64,000 bases of DNA from an uncultured Candidatus Saccharibacteria bacterium (lineage in GTDB: Bacteria; Patescibacteriota; JAQUNI01): assembly GCA_964555185.1 (NCBI GenBank), contig CAZKRD010000001.1:34185-98184 (forward strand), given 5' to 3'. Under the pieces are notes generated by a model that did not search any database, had not been told where the DNA came from, and worked only from the letters and a program-made list of their open reading frames with translations. The number at the start of each line of letters is the position of its first letter. Position 1 is the first letter of the stretch. Below are positions 16,897 to 26,476 of the stretch, in pieces. Both the position numbers and the translations under genes were made by a program.

Positions 16897-17160
16897 AGTG
16901 AGGAGAAAGTGAAATTCCTTTTCACTTTATCCGAGCAAGAATTTCAAGCTTGCTTATAATTAGAAGTGAGGAGAAAGTGAAATTCCTTTTCACTTTATCC
17001 GGGATTATTGCAATGGCCCGTAGGGGCGGACCCATGCTCGCCTCGCTGGCGAAGCGGGTGTCCGCCCGTTGTTGGTAAACCAAGAGTAGGGCGACCACTC
17101 ACCTACGCCAAGGCTCTGGCGGGCGGGCACGGGGTCGCCCCTACGAATTGTTACATCCAA
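16897..17160. repeat. Composite family-C repeat: two 47-bp direct repeats (tataattagaagtgaggagaaagtgaaattccttttcactttatccg) followed by a GC-rich hairpin element with CGTAGGGGCG inverted termini.
   Basis: Direct repeats at 16897-16943 and 16965-17011, separated by the palindrome agcaagaatttcaagcttgct. GC-rich body at 17023-17150 ends in ggggtcgcccctacg. Related copies at 13130-13262 and 53190-53345. Confidence 0.7.
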
Positions 17161-17193
17161 GAGCGACCGTTATTATTTAAACCTTAACTCTTT

Positions 17194-18747
17194 ATGATAT
17201 CAAAAGACCCCAAACCCTTAGTGCTTGTGATTCTTGATGGTTGGGGCATAAATAAAAATAAAGAAGGCAATGCCGTGGCCCTGGCCAAAACCCCGGTTTT
17301 TGATGATTTGTGGTCTCGCTATCCCCACTCGGAGCTCAAAGCTAGTGGTTCTGCCGTGGGTCTGCCGAAAAAGCAGAGCGGTAATTCAGAAGCAGGACAT
17401 ATGAATATCGGCGCGGGCCGGGAGATTAAACAGGACGCAGTGGTGGTTAATGAATCTATTGCTGACCGCACTTTTTTTAAAAACCCCGCCTTTATTCAGA
17501 CGATTAGATCGGTTAAAAAAAACAAGAGCCGGCTGCATTTAATGGGGCTTTTAACCGGCACTCAAAGCGCTCACGCGAATCAGAGCCACCTTTACAGTTT
17601 CCTATCCTTGGCCAAAAAGGAAGGTTTAAACGAGGTCTATTTGCATTTATTTACTGATGGCCGAGATTCCACGCCTACTGCCGGTCTTCACTATTTGAAG
17701 GATTTACTCAAAGAGATTAAAAGGTTAGGTTTGGGCAGGATAGCGACGATTACTGGACGTTATTACGCAATGGATCGGATCAAGAAATGGGAACGGACAC
17801 AAGCCGCATATCAAAATCTCACTTTAGGCAATGGTGAGCAAGTACAGGATGTTGTTCAAGCTGTTAAGAATTATTACGCCCGCGGGATTACGGATGAGTT
17901 TATTCCACCGACCGTAATCAGGAAGTCCCCCCTTATCCTGATTGATGATAAAGATGGAGTGATTTTTTTTAACTTGAGAACAGACAGGGCTAAGCAAATT
18001 ACTCAAGCTTTTGTCCAAGAACGATTTAAGGGCTTTAAGAGAAAGAAAGTCTTAAAGGATTTGTGTTTTAGCATTATGACCGAGTTTGGTCCGGAATTGG
18101 GCGAGGTTTTAACTGCTTACCCGGGCCGGGTGCACGGTCATACCCTGCCGGTCGTGATTGGCAAGTGCAGTGCCTACAAACAGCTTTATATCGCGGAATC
18201 CGAGAAATTCCCCCATGTCACCTATTTTTTAAACGGCGGTTTCAGCAAAGTGGTGGATCGCGAGAGGCGGATGGTCATCCCCTCGCTCGCGGTCAAGAGC
18301 TATGCTCAAAAGCCGGAAATGAGAGCCAAGGAGCTGACCAGCAGGATTGTTAAGTTTTTAAAAAACAATTCTTACAATTTTATTGTGGTCAATTATGCCA
18401 ATCCTGACATGGTCGGGCATACCGGCGATTTGAAAGCGGCGATTGTTGCCCTTGAGTTTCTGGACCAGCGCTTAAAAGAATTAATGCGAGCAGTAAATAA
18501 GCGTCGAGGGACAATGGTTGTGACCGCTGATCACGGCAATGTTGAGGAAATGATTGATCCAAAAACTAAGGAAGTCCTAACCGCCCACACAGCCAATCCG
18601 GTTCCCTTTATTTTGGCTTCAACTTCTGAAGGTTCGCTTCGACTCCAAAAAGAGGGTAAACTTGCCAATATCACGCCAACCATTTTGGATTATTTGGATT
18701 TAGAAAAGCCGAAAGCAATGAAAGAGAAGAGTCTAATTATTGCTTAA
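17194..18747 (+). CDS. gpmI: 2,3-bisphosphoglycerate-independent phosphoglycerate mutase.
   Basis: VLVILDGWGIN...SGNSEAGHMNIGAGR and the C-terminal metal-binding region TADHGNVEEM. 517 aa. Confidence 0.9.
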   Translation: MISKDPKPLVLVILDGWGINKNKEGNAVALAKTPVFDDLWSRYPHSELKASGSAVGLPKKQSGNSEAGHMNIGAGREIKQDAVVVNESIADRTFFKNPAFIQTIRSVKKNKSRLHLMGLLTGTQSAHANQSHLYSFLSLAKKEGLNEVYLHLFTDGRDSTPTAGLHYLKDLLKEIKRLGLGRIATITGRYYAMDRIKKWERTQAAYQNLTLGNGEQVQDVVQAVKNYYARGITDEFIPPTVIRKSPLILIDDKDGVIFFNLRTDRAKQITQAFVQERFKGFKRKKVLKDLCFSIMTEFGPELGEVLTAYPGRVHGHTLPVVIGKCSAYKQLYIAESEKFPHVTYFLNGGFSKVVDRERRMVIPSLAVKSYAQKPEMRAKELTSRIVKFLKNNSYNFIVVNYANPDMVGHTGDLKAAIVALEFLDQRLKELMRAVNKRRGTMVVTADHGNVEEMIDPKTKEVLTAHTANPVPFILASTSEGSLRLQKEGKLANITPTILDYLDLEKPKAMKEKSLIIA

Positions 18748-18805
18748 AGGAAAAAGATAAAAACAAAATTTAAAAATATATAGTTTTGCATTTTGCATTA
18801 ATGTT

Positions 18806-20530
18806 ATGTTCAAAGACAGTGAACTAAAAAAAATCCTTTTAAGGGATAAGGTGGTAAGACCGGATAAGATTCGCAAGGCCGAACAGCAGGCCAAGAAGGA
18901 TAAAATCAACTTGGCTTCGGAATTGGTTAAGCAAGGCGCGGTTTCAGAGCAGGAATTGGTGGAGGTTTTCTCTGAAAATTCGAAGATCCCTTACGTCAGT
19001 CTAAAGAACAAGAGGATCCCTCGCGATGTCCTGCTTTTGATTCCAGAGCCGATCGCCCGCAACCATCAGGTGATTGCTTTTGAAAAAGAACGTAATAAGT
19101 TAAAACTGGCGATGGTTGATCCGAGTGACCTTCAGACTATTGAGTTCATTAAAAAGAAAACGGGTTTTCAGATTGAAGCTTCCCTGGTGACCGCTTCCGA
19201 TGTGGCGGAGGTTTTGAAGCAGTATCGCAAGAGCTTAAAGACAGAATTTTCCGAGATCGTTGAGGAGGTGCCGAAAGCGAAGGGAGAGGAGGAATTAAGA
19301 GAGATGGCGCAGAGACTGCCCGTGGTCAAGATCGTGGATACGTTTTTAGAGTATGCGATTTACGAAAACGCTTCGGATATTCACATCGAACCGTTGGAGA
19401 AAGAGATTATCGTCCGTTATCGGGTGGACGGCATATTGCGGGATGTGATGAATCTGCCCAAGAAAGTGCTGTCCGGGGTGGTAGCGCGGATTAAGGTGCT
19501 TTCTGATCTTAGGATTGATGAGCATCGTCTTCCTCAAGACGGACGTTTTAAGATCGAGACTGATGAATACAAAATTTCCTTTCGGGTATCTGTGATCCCT
19601 GTTTTTGACGGCGAGAAGATAGTGATGCGTTTGCTGTCAGAATCCACGAAACCTTTGAATTTAGAGGAATTGGGCTTACGCAAAAACGCGCTTAAAGTGG
19701 TTCAATTAAACATCAAGAGGCCGCACGGGATGATCCTTGCTACCGGCCCTACCGGTTCGGGTAAGACCACCACCCTTTACAGCATCTTGAATATTCTAAA
19801 TACGGTCAAGGTCAATATTTGTACGATTGAGGATCCGATCGAATATCACCTGTCTCGGATTAATCAGAGCCAAGTAAAACCCAAGATCGGCTATGCTTTT
19901 GCCAATGGTTTGCGGGCGCTCTTGCGCCAGGACCCGGATATTATTATGGTTGGCGAGATTCGCGACCGCGAGACCGCCGAGATGGCTGTTCATTCCGCGC
20001 TTACCGGTCACCTGGTTCTCTCTACTCTGCATACCAACAACGCAGCCGGAGCGATTCCGCGCCTGATTGATATGCACATCGAGCCGTTTTTGGCCGCTTC
20101 AACCCTGAATGTCCTGATCGCCCAGAGACTGGTCCGCCGGATTTGTGCTAATTGTATTGAAAGTTATCACCTGGATAAGAAAATGTGGAAGAATGTGGGC
20201 GGGCAGGTCAATCTCAAAAAACTTTTAGCGATTTTAGCCAAAGAAGGAGTGATTGTTTCTTCTAAGGCCAGGCCCGGTTCTTTGTTGTTTTACCGGGGCC
20301 GTGGTTGTTCGCAATGCAATGACACCGGTTATAAGGGTCGGATTGCCACCCTTGAGGTTTTAGAGGTGAGCGAGGAGATTCAAAAACTGACCGTGCAGAA
20401 GGCGCCGACAGAAGTGATTGAAAGACAGGCGATTGCCGAAGGGATGGTAACGATGCTGGAAGACGGTTTTTACAAAGCTAAGATGGGCATCACTACGATT
20501 GAAGAGGTTTTAAGGGTAACCCAGGAATAA
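18806..20530 (+). CDS. pilB: Type IV pilus assembly ATPase PilB (GspE family).
   Basis: T2SSE_N domain. Walker A GPTGSGKTTTLYSIL, Asp box, His box. C-terminal tetracysteine CANC...CSQCNDTGYKGR. Confidence 0.9.
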   Translation: MFKDSELKKILLRDKVVRPDKIRKAEQQAKKDKINLASELVKQGAVSEQELVEVFSENSKIPYVSLKNKRIPRDVLLLIPEPIARNHQVIAFEKERNKLKLAMVDPSDLQTIEFIKKKTGFQIEASLVTASDVAEVLKQYRKSLKTEFSEIVEEVPKAKGEEELREMAQRLPVVKIVDTFLEYAIYENASDIHIEPLEKEIIVRYRVDGILRDVMNLPKKVLSGVVARIKVLSDLRIDEHRLPQDGRFKIETDEYKISFRVSVIPVFDGEKIVMRLLSESTKPLNLEELGLRKNALKVVQLNIKRPHGMILATGPTGSGKTTTLYSILNILNTVKVNICTIEDPIEYHLSRINQSQVKPKIGYAFANGLRALLRQDPDIIMVGEIRDRETAEMAVHSALTGHLVLSTLHTNNAAGAIPRLIDMHIEPFLAASTLNVLIAQRLVRRICANCIESYHLDKKMWKNVGGQVNLKKLLAILAKEGVIVSSKARPGSLLFYRGRGCSQCNDTGYKGRIATLEVLEVSEEIQKLTVQKAPTEVIERQAIAEGMVTMLEDGFYKAKMGITTIEEVLRVTQE

Positions 20531-20621
20531 GTTAAAAGTTAAAAGTGCAAAGTTGAGTTCAAAGTTCAAAGTTTTAGATTTTTAATTTTGAACTTTGAAC
20601 TTTGAATTTTGAACTAGAAAC
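20531..20621. repeat. Family B dyad spacer (caaagtt words): gttcaaagttcaaagtt...aactttgaactttgaa between pilB and pilC.
   Basis: Imperfect long inverted repeat built from tandem caaagtt-type words. Related spacers at 9600-9735, 29155-29262, 40764-40879 and 49795-49842. Confidence 0.6.
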
Positions 20622-21842
20622 GTGCCTTTATATACTTACACAGCCCGGGATAAGCAGGGCAATATTAAACAAGGCGAAATCAACCTCGGATCCGAGCGCA
20701 AGCTAGCTCACTGGCTTTATGCCCAAGGTTATTTATTGACCAAATTTGAAGAGAAAGGAGGCAGAGGCAAGAGCGCTTTTTGGGACAAAATTCGCTTGCG
20801 ATTAGGCTATATTTCCCTAATTGACAGGGTCCTGTTCACTCGTTATCTAGAGGTGATGTTGAAAGCAGGGCTCTCTCTGGTTAAGGCCCTTCATATTTTA
20901 GCCGAGCAGACCGAGAATCGGAAATTAAAAAAGGTGATCGAAACCCTGGGCAGTGATTTGGAAGCGGGCTCCACCCTTCATCAGGCAATGAAAAAGCACG
21001 ATGATGTTTTTTCCGAGTTGTATGTGAGTGTTATCAAGACAGGAGAGGCTTCAGGGACCTTGGATAAGTCTTTAGATCAATTAGCGACTCAATTGAAAAA
21101 AGACCGCGACTTGGTCAAAAAAGTCACTGGGGCGATGATTTATCCTGCTTTGATCTTTTTAGGGATGGGCGGGCTTGGTTTTGTGATGATGACTTTTGTT
21201 CTCCCTAAATTAACCAGTATTTTCGAGGAGTTTGACACTACCCTCCCCTTGCCGACCAGGATTTTGATTCTGGTCAGCAATTTTATGGCCGTTCACAGCC
21301 TTTGGATTATTGCTGCTCTTGTTATTTTTGGTTTCCTGCTGGTTAGATTTGTCCGTTCAAAGACCGGGCATAAAATTTTTCACTTTCTTTATTTAAGGAT
21401 TCCTGTAATCAGCGGAATCGTAAAGAAGTTTAACATTGCCCGCTTTGTCCGCAATTTAGGTTCTCTTTTGGCTTCCGGCCTGCCGATCTTGAGAGCGCTG
21501 GAGATTGTTGCTGATGCTTTAGGAAATGTTTATTACAAAAAAGCGGTCAAGGTTTCAATCGAAGATGTGGGCAGGGGACTTTCTCTAGGCAAAACTTTAG
21601 CCCAAGATTCCCTCCTTTTCCCTCCTGTGGTCACCCAGGTGATCCAAGTGGGGGAAGAAACCGGTTCGTTAGATGAGATCTTGGGGCGCCTGGCTACGTT
21701 TTATGAAGAGGATATTGATCAGACTATGAAAAATATTTCCACAATCATTGAACCGATCTTGATGTTGATTATGGGCGGAGCAGTGGGAGTAATGGCTGTT
21801 TCGATTATCCTGCCGATCTATTCTTTGACTGGCAGTATGTAG
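20622..21842 (+). CDS. pilC: Type IV pilus platform protein PilC (GspF family).
   Basis: MPLYTYTARDKQGNIKQGEIN... with two T2SSF repeats and three TM segments. 406 aa. Confidence 0.85.
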   Translation: MPLYTYTARDKQGNIKQGEINLGSERKLAHWLYAQGYLLTKFEEKGGRGKSAFWDKIRLRLGYISLIDRVLFTRYLEVMLKAGLSLVKALHILAEQTENRKLKKVIETLGSDLEAGSTLHQAMKKHDDVFSELYVSVIKTGEASGTLDKSLDQLATQLKKDRDLVKKVTGAMIYPALIFLGMGGLGFVMMTFVLPKLTSIFEEFDTTLPLPTRILILVSNFMAVHSLWIIAALVIFGFLLVRFVRSKTGHKIFHFLYLRIPVISGIVKKFNIARFVRNLGSLLASGLPILRALEIVADALGNVYYKKAVKVSIEDVGRGLSLGKTLAQDSLLFPPVVTQVIQVGEETGSLDEILGRLATFYEEDIDQTMKNISTIIEPILMLIMGGAVGVMAVSIILPIYSLTGSM

Positions 21843-21878
21843 TTTTTTAAAAACCTATGATCAAGAGGAGAATTATAT

Positions 21879-22346
21879 ATGTTTAGCTATTATCAAAGAG
21901 GGATCAGTCTGGTTGAGCTTTTAATCGTGATCGCGATTATTGTCGCTGTTTTGGGGGTGAGCATCCCTGCCTGGCGGGCTTTTGCTCCTCGTTTTAAATT
22001 GAACAGTGAAACCGAAAGAGTGGTGGAGGAACTGCGCCTGGCCCAGCAGAAAACGGTTTCGGAGCAGATTGTTTATGTTTTAGAGTTTGACAAGGAAGCA
22101 GAGAGCTATACCCTGATCCGTTTTAATCCAGACCCAGAGAATCCCGGTGAATACATCCCCGAGACATTAAAGACCGAAACCCTGGATCCAGAGATTGAAA
22201 TTAAAGAGCTGTATGATCTCACAGAGCCGGAGATAAGGTTTACGGCAGCGGGCGGGGTGGCAGAAGCGGGCCAGATTGAACTTGTAAATCAGAAGGGAGA
22301 TACAAAACTGATTGATGTCCGGCCGTCAGGGTTTATCAACTATTAG
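21879..22346 (+). CDS. Pseudopilin / minor pilin with a prepilin-type N-terminal cleavage/methylation domain.
   Basis: MFSYYQRG|ISLVELLIVIAIIVAVLG follows the G-[FI]-[ST]-L-[IV]-E prepilin motif. Confidence 0.7.
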   Translation: MFSYYQRGISLVELLIVIAIIVAVLGVSIPAWRAFAPRFKLNSETERVVEELRLAQQKTVSEQIVYVLEFDKEAESYTLIRFNPDPENPGEYIPETLKTETLDPEIEIKELYDLTEPEIRFTAAGGVAEAGQIELVNQKGDTKLIDVRPSGFINY

Positions 22347-22352
22347 AATTAA

Positions 22353-22775
22353 ATGATTTTTACAAAACAAAACAAAAGAGGTTTCACCTTAGTTGAGGCG
22401 ATGATTGCCCTGACCATTTTTGTGATTGGTATTCTGGCTGTTTTGCAGTTTTTGCCAATGAGCACCAAACTGGCTGCCCGAGCGAGGTTGAAAAGCCAAG
22501 CGATTTTCTTGACCCAGGGTAAAATGGAGGAATATCTGGCAAAGTCTTATTTGGAGCTTACGACCGGCGTGGTGGAAATACGCGCCCCTCAAGTTTCTGA
22601 TACGACAAGCCAGCTTTATTATTTTGAGACCGAGGTGGAGATAGATTATGTTGACGAGAACCTGGTTGAGGTTTTCGAGGATCAGGGGATGAAAAAGATC
22701 GAGATTACCACCTACTGGACAGAAAGAGGAACGGAAAAGCAGGATAAATTAGTGACCCTGGTGAGCAGGTATTAA
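22353..22775 (+). CDS. Pseudopilin / minor pilin (PilV/GspI-like).
   Basis: MIFTKQNKRG|FTLVEAMIALTIFVIGILAV is a prepilin motif. Confidence 0.7.
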   Translation: MIFTKQNKRGFTLVEAMIALTIFVIGILAVLQFLPMSTKLAARARLKSQAIFLTQGKMEEYLAKSYLELTTGVVEIRAPQVSDTTSQLYYFETEVEIDYVDENLVEVFEDQGMKKIEITTYWTERGTEKQDKLVTLVSRY

Positions 22776-22805
22776 AAAATTTCGCTTTAGCAGAAATTAA
22801 TTAAA

Positions 22806-23447
22806 ATGTATTTGAATTCAGATCCTAAAACCTCCGCCTTCGCCAAAGGCGGACGAGCGGACAGGCAAATTTCAAACCACACCCGCCAGAGGGGCTTCAC
22901 TTTGATTGAGGTTTTGGTTGCGGTTGCTATTGGCACTTTGATTATTTTGTTGACGTATGTCTCGTATGATCTTGTGATCCGTCTGACCGAAAGAGAGAGC
23001 AGGAAAATTGAACTTGTCCAAAACGGACGGGTGGCTTTGGATCGGATCACTCGGGAAATCCGGCAGTCTGATGATCTGGTAACCATTCTGCCGGAGACAG
23101 CAGACGATCCTCTAGACCCGCCCCCTGCCGAGATTATGTTTCAAGATGGCCATAGTTTGGATCCAATCAGCTATCTCCGTTATTATTTGGACGAAAATTT
23201 TCTTCATCGCGAGGTCTCTCATTATTCTTTTGACAGCGATCCAGAGATATGGGTTTATTGGGGTGCTGAAGATGAATTTGGCACCCCTGCTTCCCAGATG
23301 GTTGATCAGGATGACATTATTGCTGAATACATTGAGGATTTAATCTTCTGGGGCGGAGACCGGTTAGTGAGTATCCGTTTTTCCACTTCTTCCGGTGATG
23401 AGCAGGTAGAGTTTTTGACTAAGGTTTGCGGCAGAAACCTATGGTAG
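22806..23447 (+). CDS. Pilin-like protein with an unusually long 30-aa leader before RG|FTLIEVLVAVAIGTL. The true start is uncertain.
   Basis: The prepilin motif lies at residues 29-45. The leader-coding DNA (22830-22890) is GC-rich and shares the motif ggcaaatttcaaac with the rnc leader at 6976. Confidence 0.55.
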   Translation: MYLNSDPKTSAFAKGGRADRQISNHTRQRGFTLIEVLVAVAIGTLIILLTYVSYDLVIRLTERESRKIELVQNGRVALDRITREIRQSDDLVTILPETADDPLDPPPAEIMFQDGHSLDPISYLRYYLDENFLHREVSHYSFDSDPEIWVYWGAEDEFGTPASQMVDQDDIIAEYIEDLIFWGGDRLVSIRFSTSSGDEQVEFLTKVCGRNLW

Positions 23448-23486
23448 AATTAAAGAATTAGCGAGTTAACGAGTTAAAGAATTATT

Positions 23487-24704
23487 ATGAACAAGGGTTT
23501 TGCCTTAATATCAGTGATTTTAATCCTAGGAGTACTTTTACTCATCGGTACCGCCTTTTTCACTTTGGTCAGTTTTGAGAATAAGATTTCTTTAAGCCAG
23601 GAATCTACTTTCGGCACCTATTACCTCGCCGAAGCTGGTATCAATGAAGTTATTTACAAATTACGAAATGATTCAGTCTGGCAGGATGAATTTGAAGACG
23701 GTACGATTGACCGCGGCTTCACCAGAACAGATGATTTGGTCGAGAGCGGGTCTTATCAAGTCAGGATAGTTTCTACAGACCCTGGCGAGGCGGACATAGT
23801 ATCAATTGGCAGATTAGACCTTCACGGCTCGATTGCCCAGAGAGTGGTTAAAACCAAGGTGATTAAAGCGGTTAACCCCAATCCCCTAGCTGATATGACT
23901 ACCTACACGGATGAGGATACCAATATCAATTTAAGTTTTGTCACAGTGGAGACCGGTAGTATATTTGCTAACGATGATTTAAATTTGTTTGCCTGGAGCA
24001 GAGCGGATATTTTAAACGGCCAAGCAATGGCGGCTGATCAGATTAATCTCCGCGGCACCTCTACTTTAAATGCTTCTGGCGGCTGCTTCGCGACTAATTG
24101 TCCGTCCGATTGTTCTTCTTGCAATCCCGCTCCGGACCATGTTGCTATGCCAATGCTTGATTTTGATTCGGATGACGAGAATTCCTATAAAAGCAAAGCA
24201 GGAGCGGTTTACACCGAGGCCGAATTTAAGGATCTTTTGGATAATAATAATCCTCTGGTTTTAGATCGCGATGTTACTTATGTCGAGGGCGATGTCAGGA
24301 TTAAGCGGGGGCACTCTCTGATCTTGAGCGGGATTTTGGTGGCGGATGGCAACATCACTTTTGGCGAATGGGCCGGAAGCAGTCATATTGAAATTAATCA
24401 CACACCAGGCAAGGGTTCGGGTTTAATTTCCAAAAACTCCATTGAGTTTATGATGCAGCCCTGGGCTGATGACATTAATATTGAGGGAGTGCTCTATGCG
24501 ATGGATCGGGTCCGGATCAGAGACATAGCCTTTATCGGCAATTTTTCTTTAACCGGCGCGATTGTGGCGCGGGAGCTTACTTTTTTTGATCTTTGGGGCA
24601 ACAGCACTCTTAATTATGATGATGATACCCTAGTCAAAACCCTTTTTGGCCCGCCGGCTGACGCGCCCGTGGTCACAATTGAACATTGGGAGGAAGAATA
24701 CTAG
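23487..24704 (+). CDS. PilX-like minor pilin / pilus tip-associated protein (PilX_N-type N-terminus).
   Basis: MNKGFALISVILILGVLLLIGTAFFTLVSFENKISLSQES matches the PilX N-terminal pattern. Large variable C-terminal domain. Confidence 0.5.
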   Translation: MNKGFALISVILILGVLLLIGTAFFTLVSFENKISLSQESTFGTYYLAEAGINEVIYKLRNDSVWQDEFEDGTIDRGFTRTDDLVESGSYQVRIVSTDPGEADIVSIGRLDLHGSIAQRVVKTKVIKAVNPNPLADMTTYTDEDTNINLSFVTVETGSIFANDDLNLFAWSRADILNGQAMAADQINLRGTSTLNASGGCFATNCPSDCSSCNPAPDHVAMPMLDFDSDDENSYKSKAGAVYTEAEFKDLLDNNNPLVLDRDVTYVEGDVRIKRGHSLILSGILVADGNITFGEWAGSSHIEINHTPGKGSGLISKNSIEFMMQPWADDINIEGVLYAMDRVRIRDIAFIGNFSLTGAIVARELTFFDLWGNSTLNYDDDTLVKTLFGPPADAPVVTIEHWEEEY

Positions 24705-24853
24705 GTTAATTTTCAATTTTCAAGTACCAATGTACTAATCAATTTTCAATTTTCAAGTATCAATTTTCAATAACCAATGACTAAATGTTCAAACTGTTTG
24801 AAAATTAAATCTATTCGAACCTTCGGATTTGATTGAAAATTGAGATTTGAAAA
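24705..24853. repeat. Family A intergenic repeat (caattttcaa... aatgttcaaactgtttgaaaattaaatctattcgaa...), copy 1.
   Basis: Near-identical to 29395-29530 and 44407-44550, and in inverted orientation to 42171-42310. Contains the palindrome TTCAAAC-T-GTTTGAA. Confidence 0.75.
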
Positions 24854-25912
24854 TTGAAAATTATATTTATGCGTGCTTTCGGTCTGGATTTATCAGACGC
24901 CAGTTTAAAATTAATTGAATTGAAGAAAGAAGGACAAAACATTGAATTGGCCAATTTTTGTGACTTGCCGCTTGCCGAAGGGGTGATTGTCAAAGGGAGG
25001 ATCGTGAAAGAAGATTTGTTAGCAACCTCGATTAAGGAAGTTTTAAAAAAAGCGCAAAAAGGAAAAGTTAAGAACCGGTTTGTTGTCTCTTGCGTACCTG
25101 AATCTGAATCATTTGTCCGGATTATTAGTCTCCCCAACCTGCCCGAGGAGGAGCTTCCCCAGGGCGTGCGCTGGGAATTTGAACAGCATATCCCTCTTTC
25201 CTTGAACCAGGTTTATTTAGATTGGCAGAAAATTGAATCAGAAGAGGAGGAAACCAAGGTTTTAGTTATCGCTTCGCCTAAGAAGCTGATTGATGCTTAT
25301 ACCAGCGCCCTGAAAAGAGGCGGCTTGATCCCCTGGGCTGTCGAGGCGGAATCAGCCGCCACTGCCCGCAGTTTAATCAAGGAGGGAGATCCGGCTTGTT
25401 TTTTGCTGGTGGATATTGGTTTTAGCCGGACCGGCCTAATTATTTATGATCATGAGACACTGCAGTTTACTTCTGCGGTTGAACCCTTTGGCCAGTCTTT
25501 TACCGATAAATTAACCGAAGATTTAAAAGTGGGCCTGAAAGAGGCAGAGAGCCTCAAGAGAACCTATGGTTTAAGCAGCAGGAAGAAGGGGCCTTCGGAG
25601 AAGGTTCACAAATCCCTCTTGCCCCTGGTTCAATTTTTGGCCAAAGAAATTAGAATCGCGCTCAAGTTTTACTCGGAGCATTTTCCCAGAGGTCAAGCGG
25701 TCAAAAAGATTGTCTTATCCGGCGGCGGATCTAAACTGAAAGGCCTAGTACCTGAACTGAAAGCGATCCTGAAAGCGGACGTTACTTTGGGCAACCCTTG
25801 GGTTAATATTCTGGATCCAGACCATAGATATCTGCCCGAGATCAGCCGTAAGGACTCCTTAAGCTACGCGACAGCGATCGGCTTGGCCTTGCGGGGTGTG
25901 GAAGGAGTGTAA
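24854..25912 (+). CDS. pilM: Type IV pilus assembly protein PilM (actin-like ATPase).
   Basis: FGLDLSDASLKLIELKKEG...VDIGFSRTGLIIY...LSGGGSKLKGL. Alternative start at M6 (24869). Confidence 0.8.
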   Translation: MKIIFMRAFGLDLSDASLKLIELKKEGQNIELANFCDLPLAEGVIVKGRIVKEDLLATSIKEVLKKAQKGKVKNRFVVSCVPESESFVRIISLPNLPEEELPQGVRWEFEQHIPLSLNQVYLDWQKIESEEEETKVLVIASPKKLIDAYTSALKRGGLIPWAVEAESAATARSLIKEGDPACFLLVDIGFSRTGLIIYDHETLQFTSAVEPFGQSFTDKLTEDLKVGLKEAESLKRTYGLSSRKKGPSEKVHKSLLPLVQFLAKEIRIALKFYSEHFPRGQAVKKIVLSGGGSKLKGLVPELKAILKADVTLGNPWVNILDPDHRYLPEISRKDSLSYATAIGLALRGVEGV

Positions 25913-25931
25913 CAATTTTTTAAGATTTTTT

Positions 25932-26474
25932 ATGATTACGATCAATCTTCTGCCTAAAAAAAATATTCGCCAATTGAAATTGGTGAGATTAAGAGGTTTT
26001 ATTTTAAAAAGAGTTATTATCCTCTCTGTTTTTGGTCTTCTGGCGGTTTTGGCGTTAGGGGCCTTGGATTTTATGCTAAGACGGAACTTGGAGGCTTTGA
26101 ACGCTGAATTAGAGGCCAAGATGAGCGAGGCGGATACTTCTCACTCTTTGGCTTTACAAGGAAAAATTGATCGCTTTAACCAAAATCTGGAAAAAGTCGC
26201 CAAATTACAAGAGAATCACGTTCCTCTAAATCCTTTTTTGGTCGAGCTTGCCCGGATCACCCCTGCCAAAGTAAGTTTGACTTCTTTAAAGATTTTTAGA
26301 GCAGAGGCGGGCGGCGAATTGACAGGCAAAGCAGAGAGGAGGGATGATCTGTTGGAGTTCCAAGAGAATCTTAATGAAAGCGATTTTTTTGAGAGCATAG
26401 AGTCTCCCCTTTCTAACCTGACCAGCAGAGAAAATGTTGATTTTCGCTTAAAATTCAAGATCAAGAATAAATAA
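25932..26474 (+). CDS. pilN: PilN-like pilus assembly protein.
   Basis: MITINLLPKK... with a single TM helix and a coiled coil. Follows pilM in the standard pilMNO order. Confidence 0.65.
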   Translation: MITINLLPKKNIRQLKLVRLRGFILKRVIILSVFGLLAVLALGALDFMLRRNLEALNAELEAKMSEADTSHSLALQGKIDRFNQNLEKVAKLQENHVPLNPFLVELARITPAKVSLTSLKIFRAEAGGELTGKAERRDDLLEFQENLNESDFFESIESPLSNLTSRENVDFRLKFKIKNK

Positions 26475-26476
26475 TA

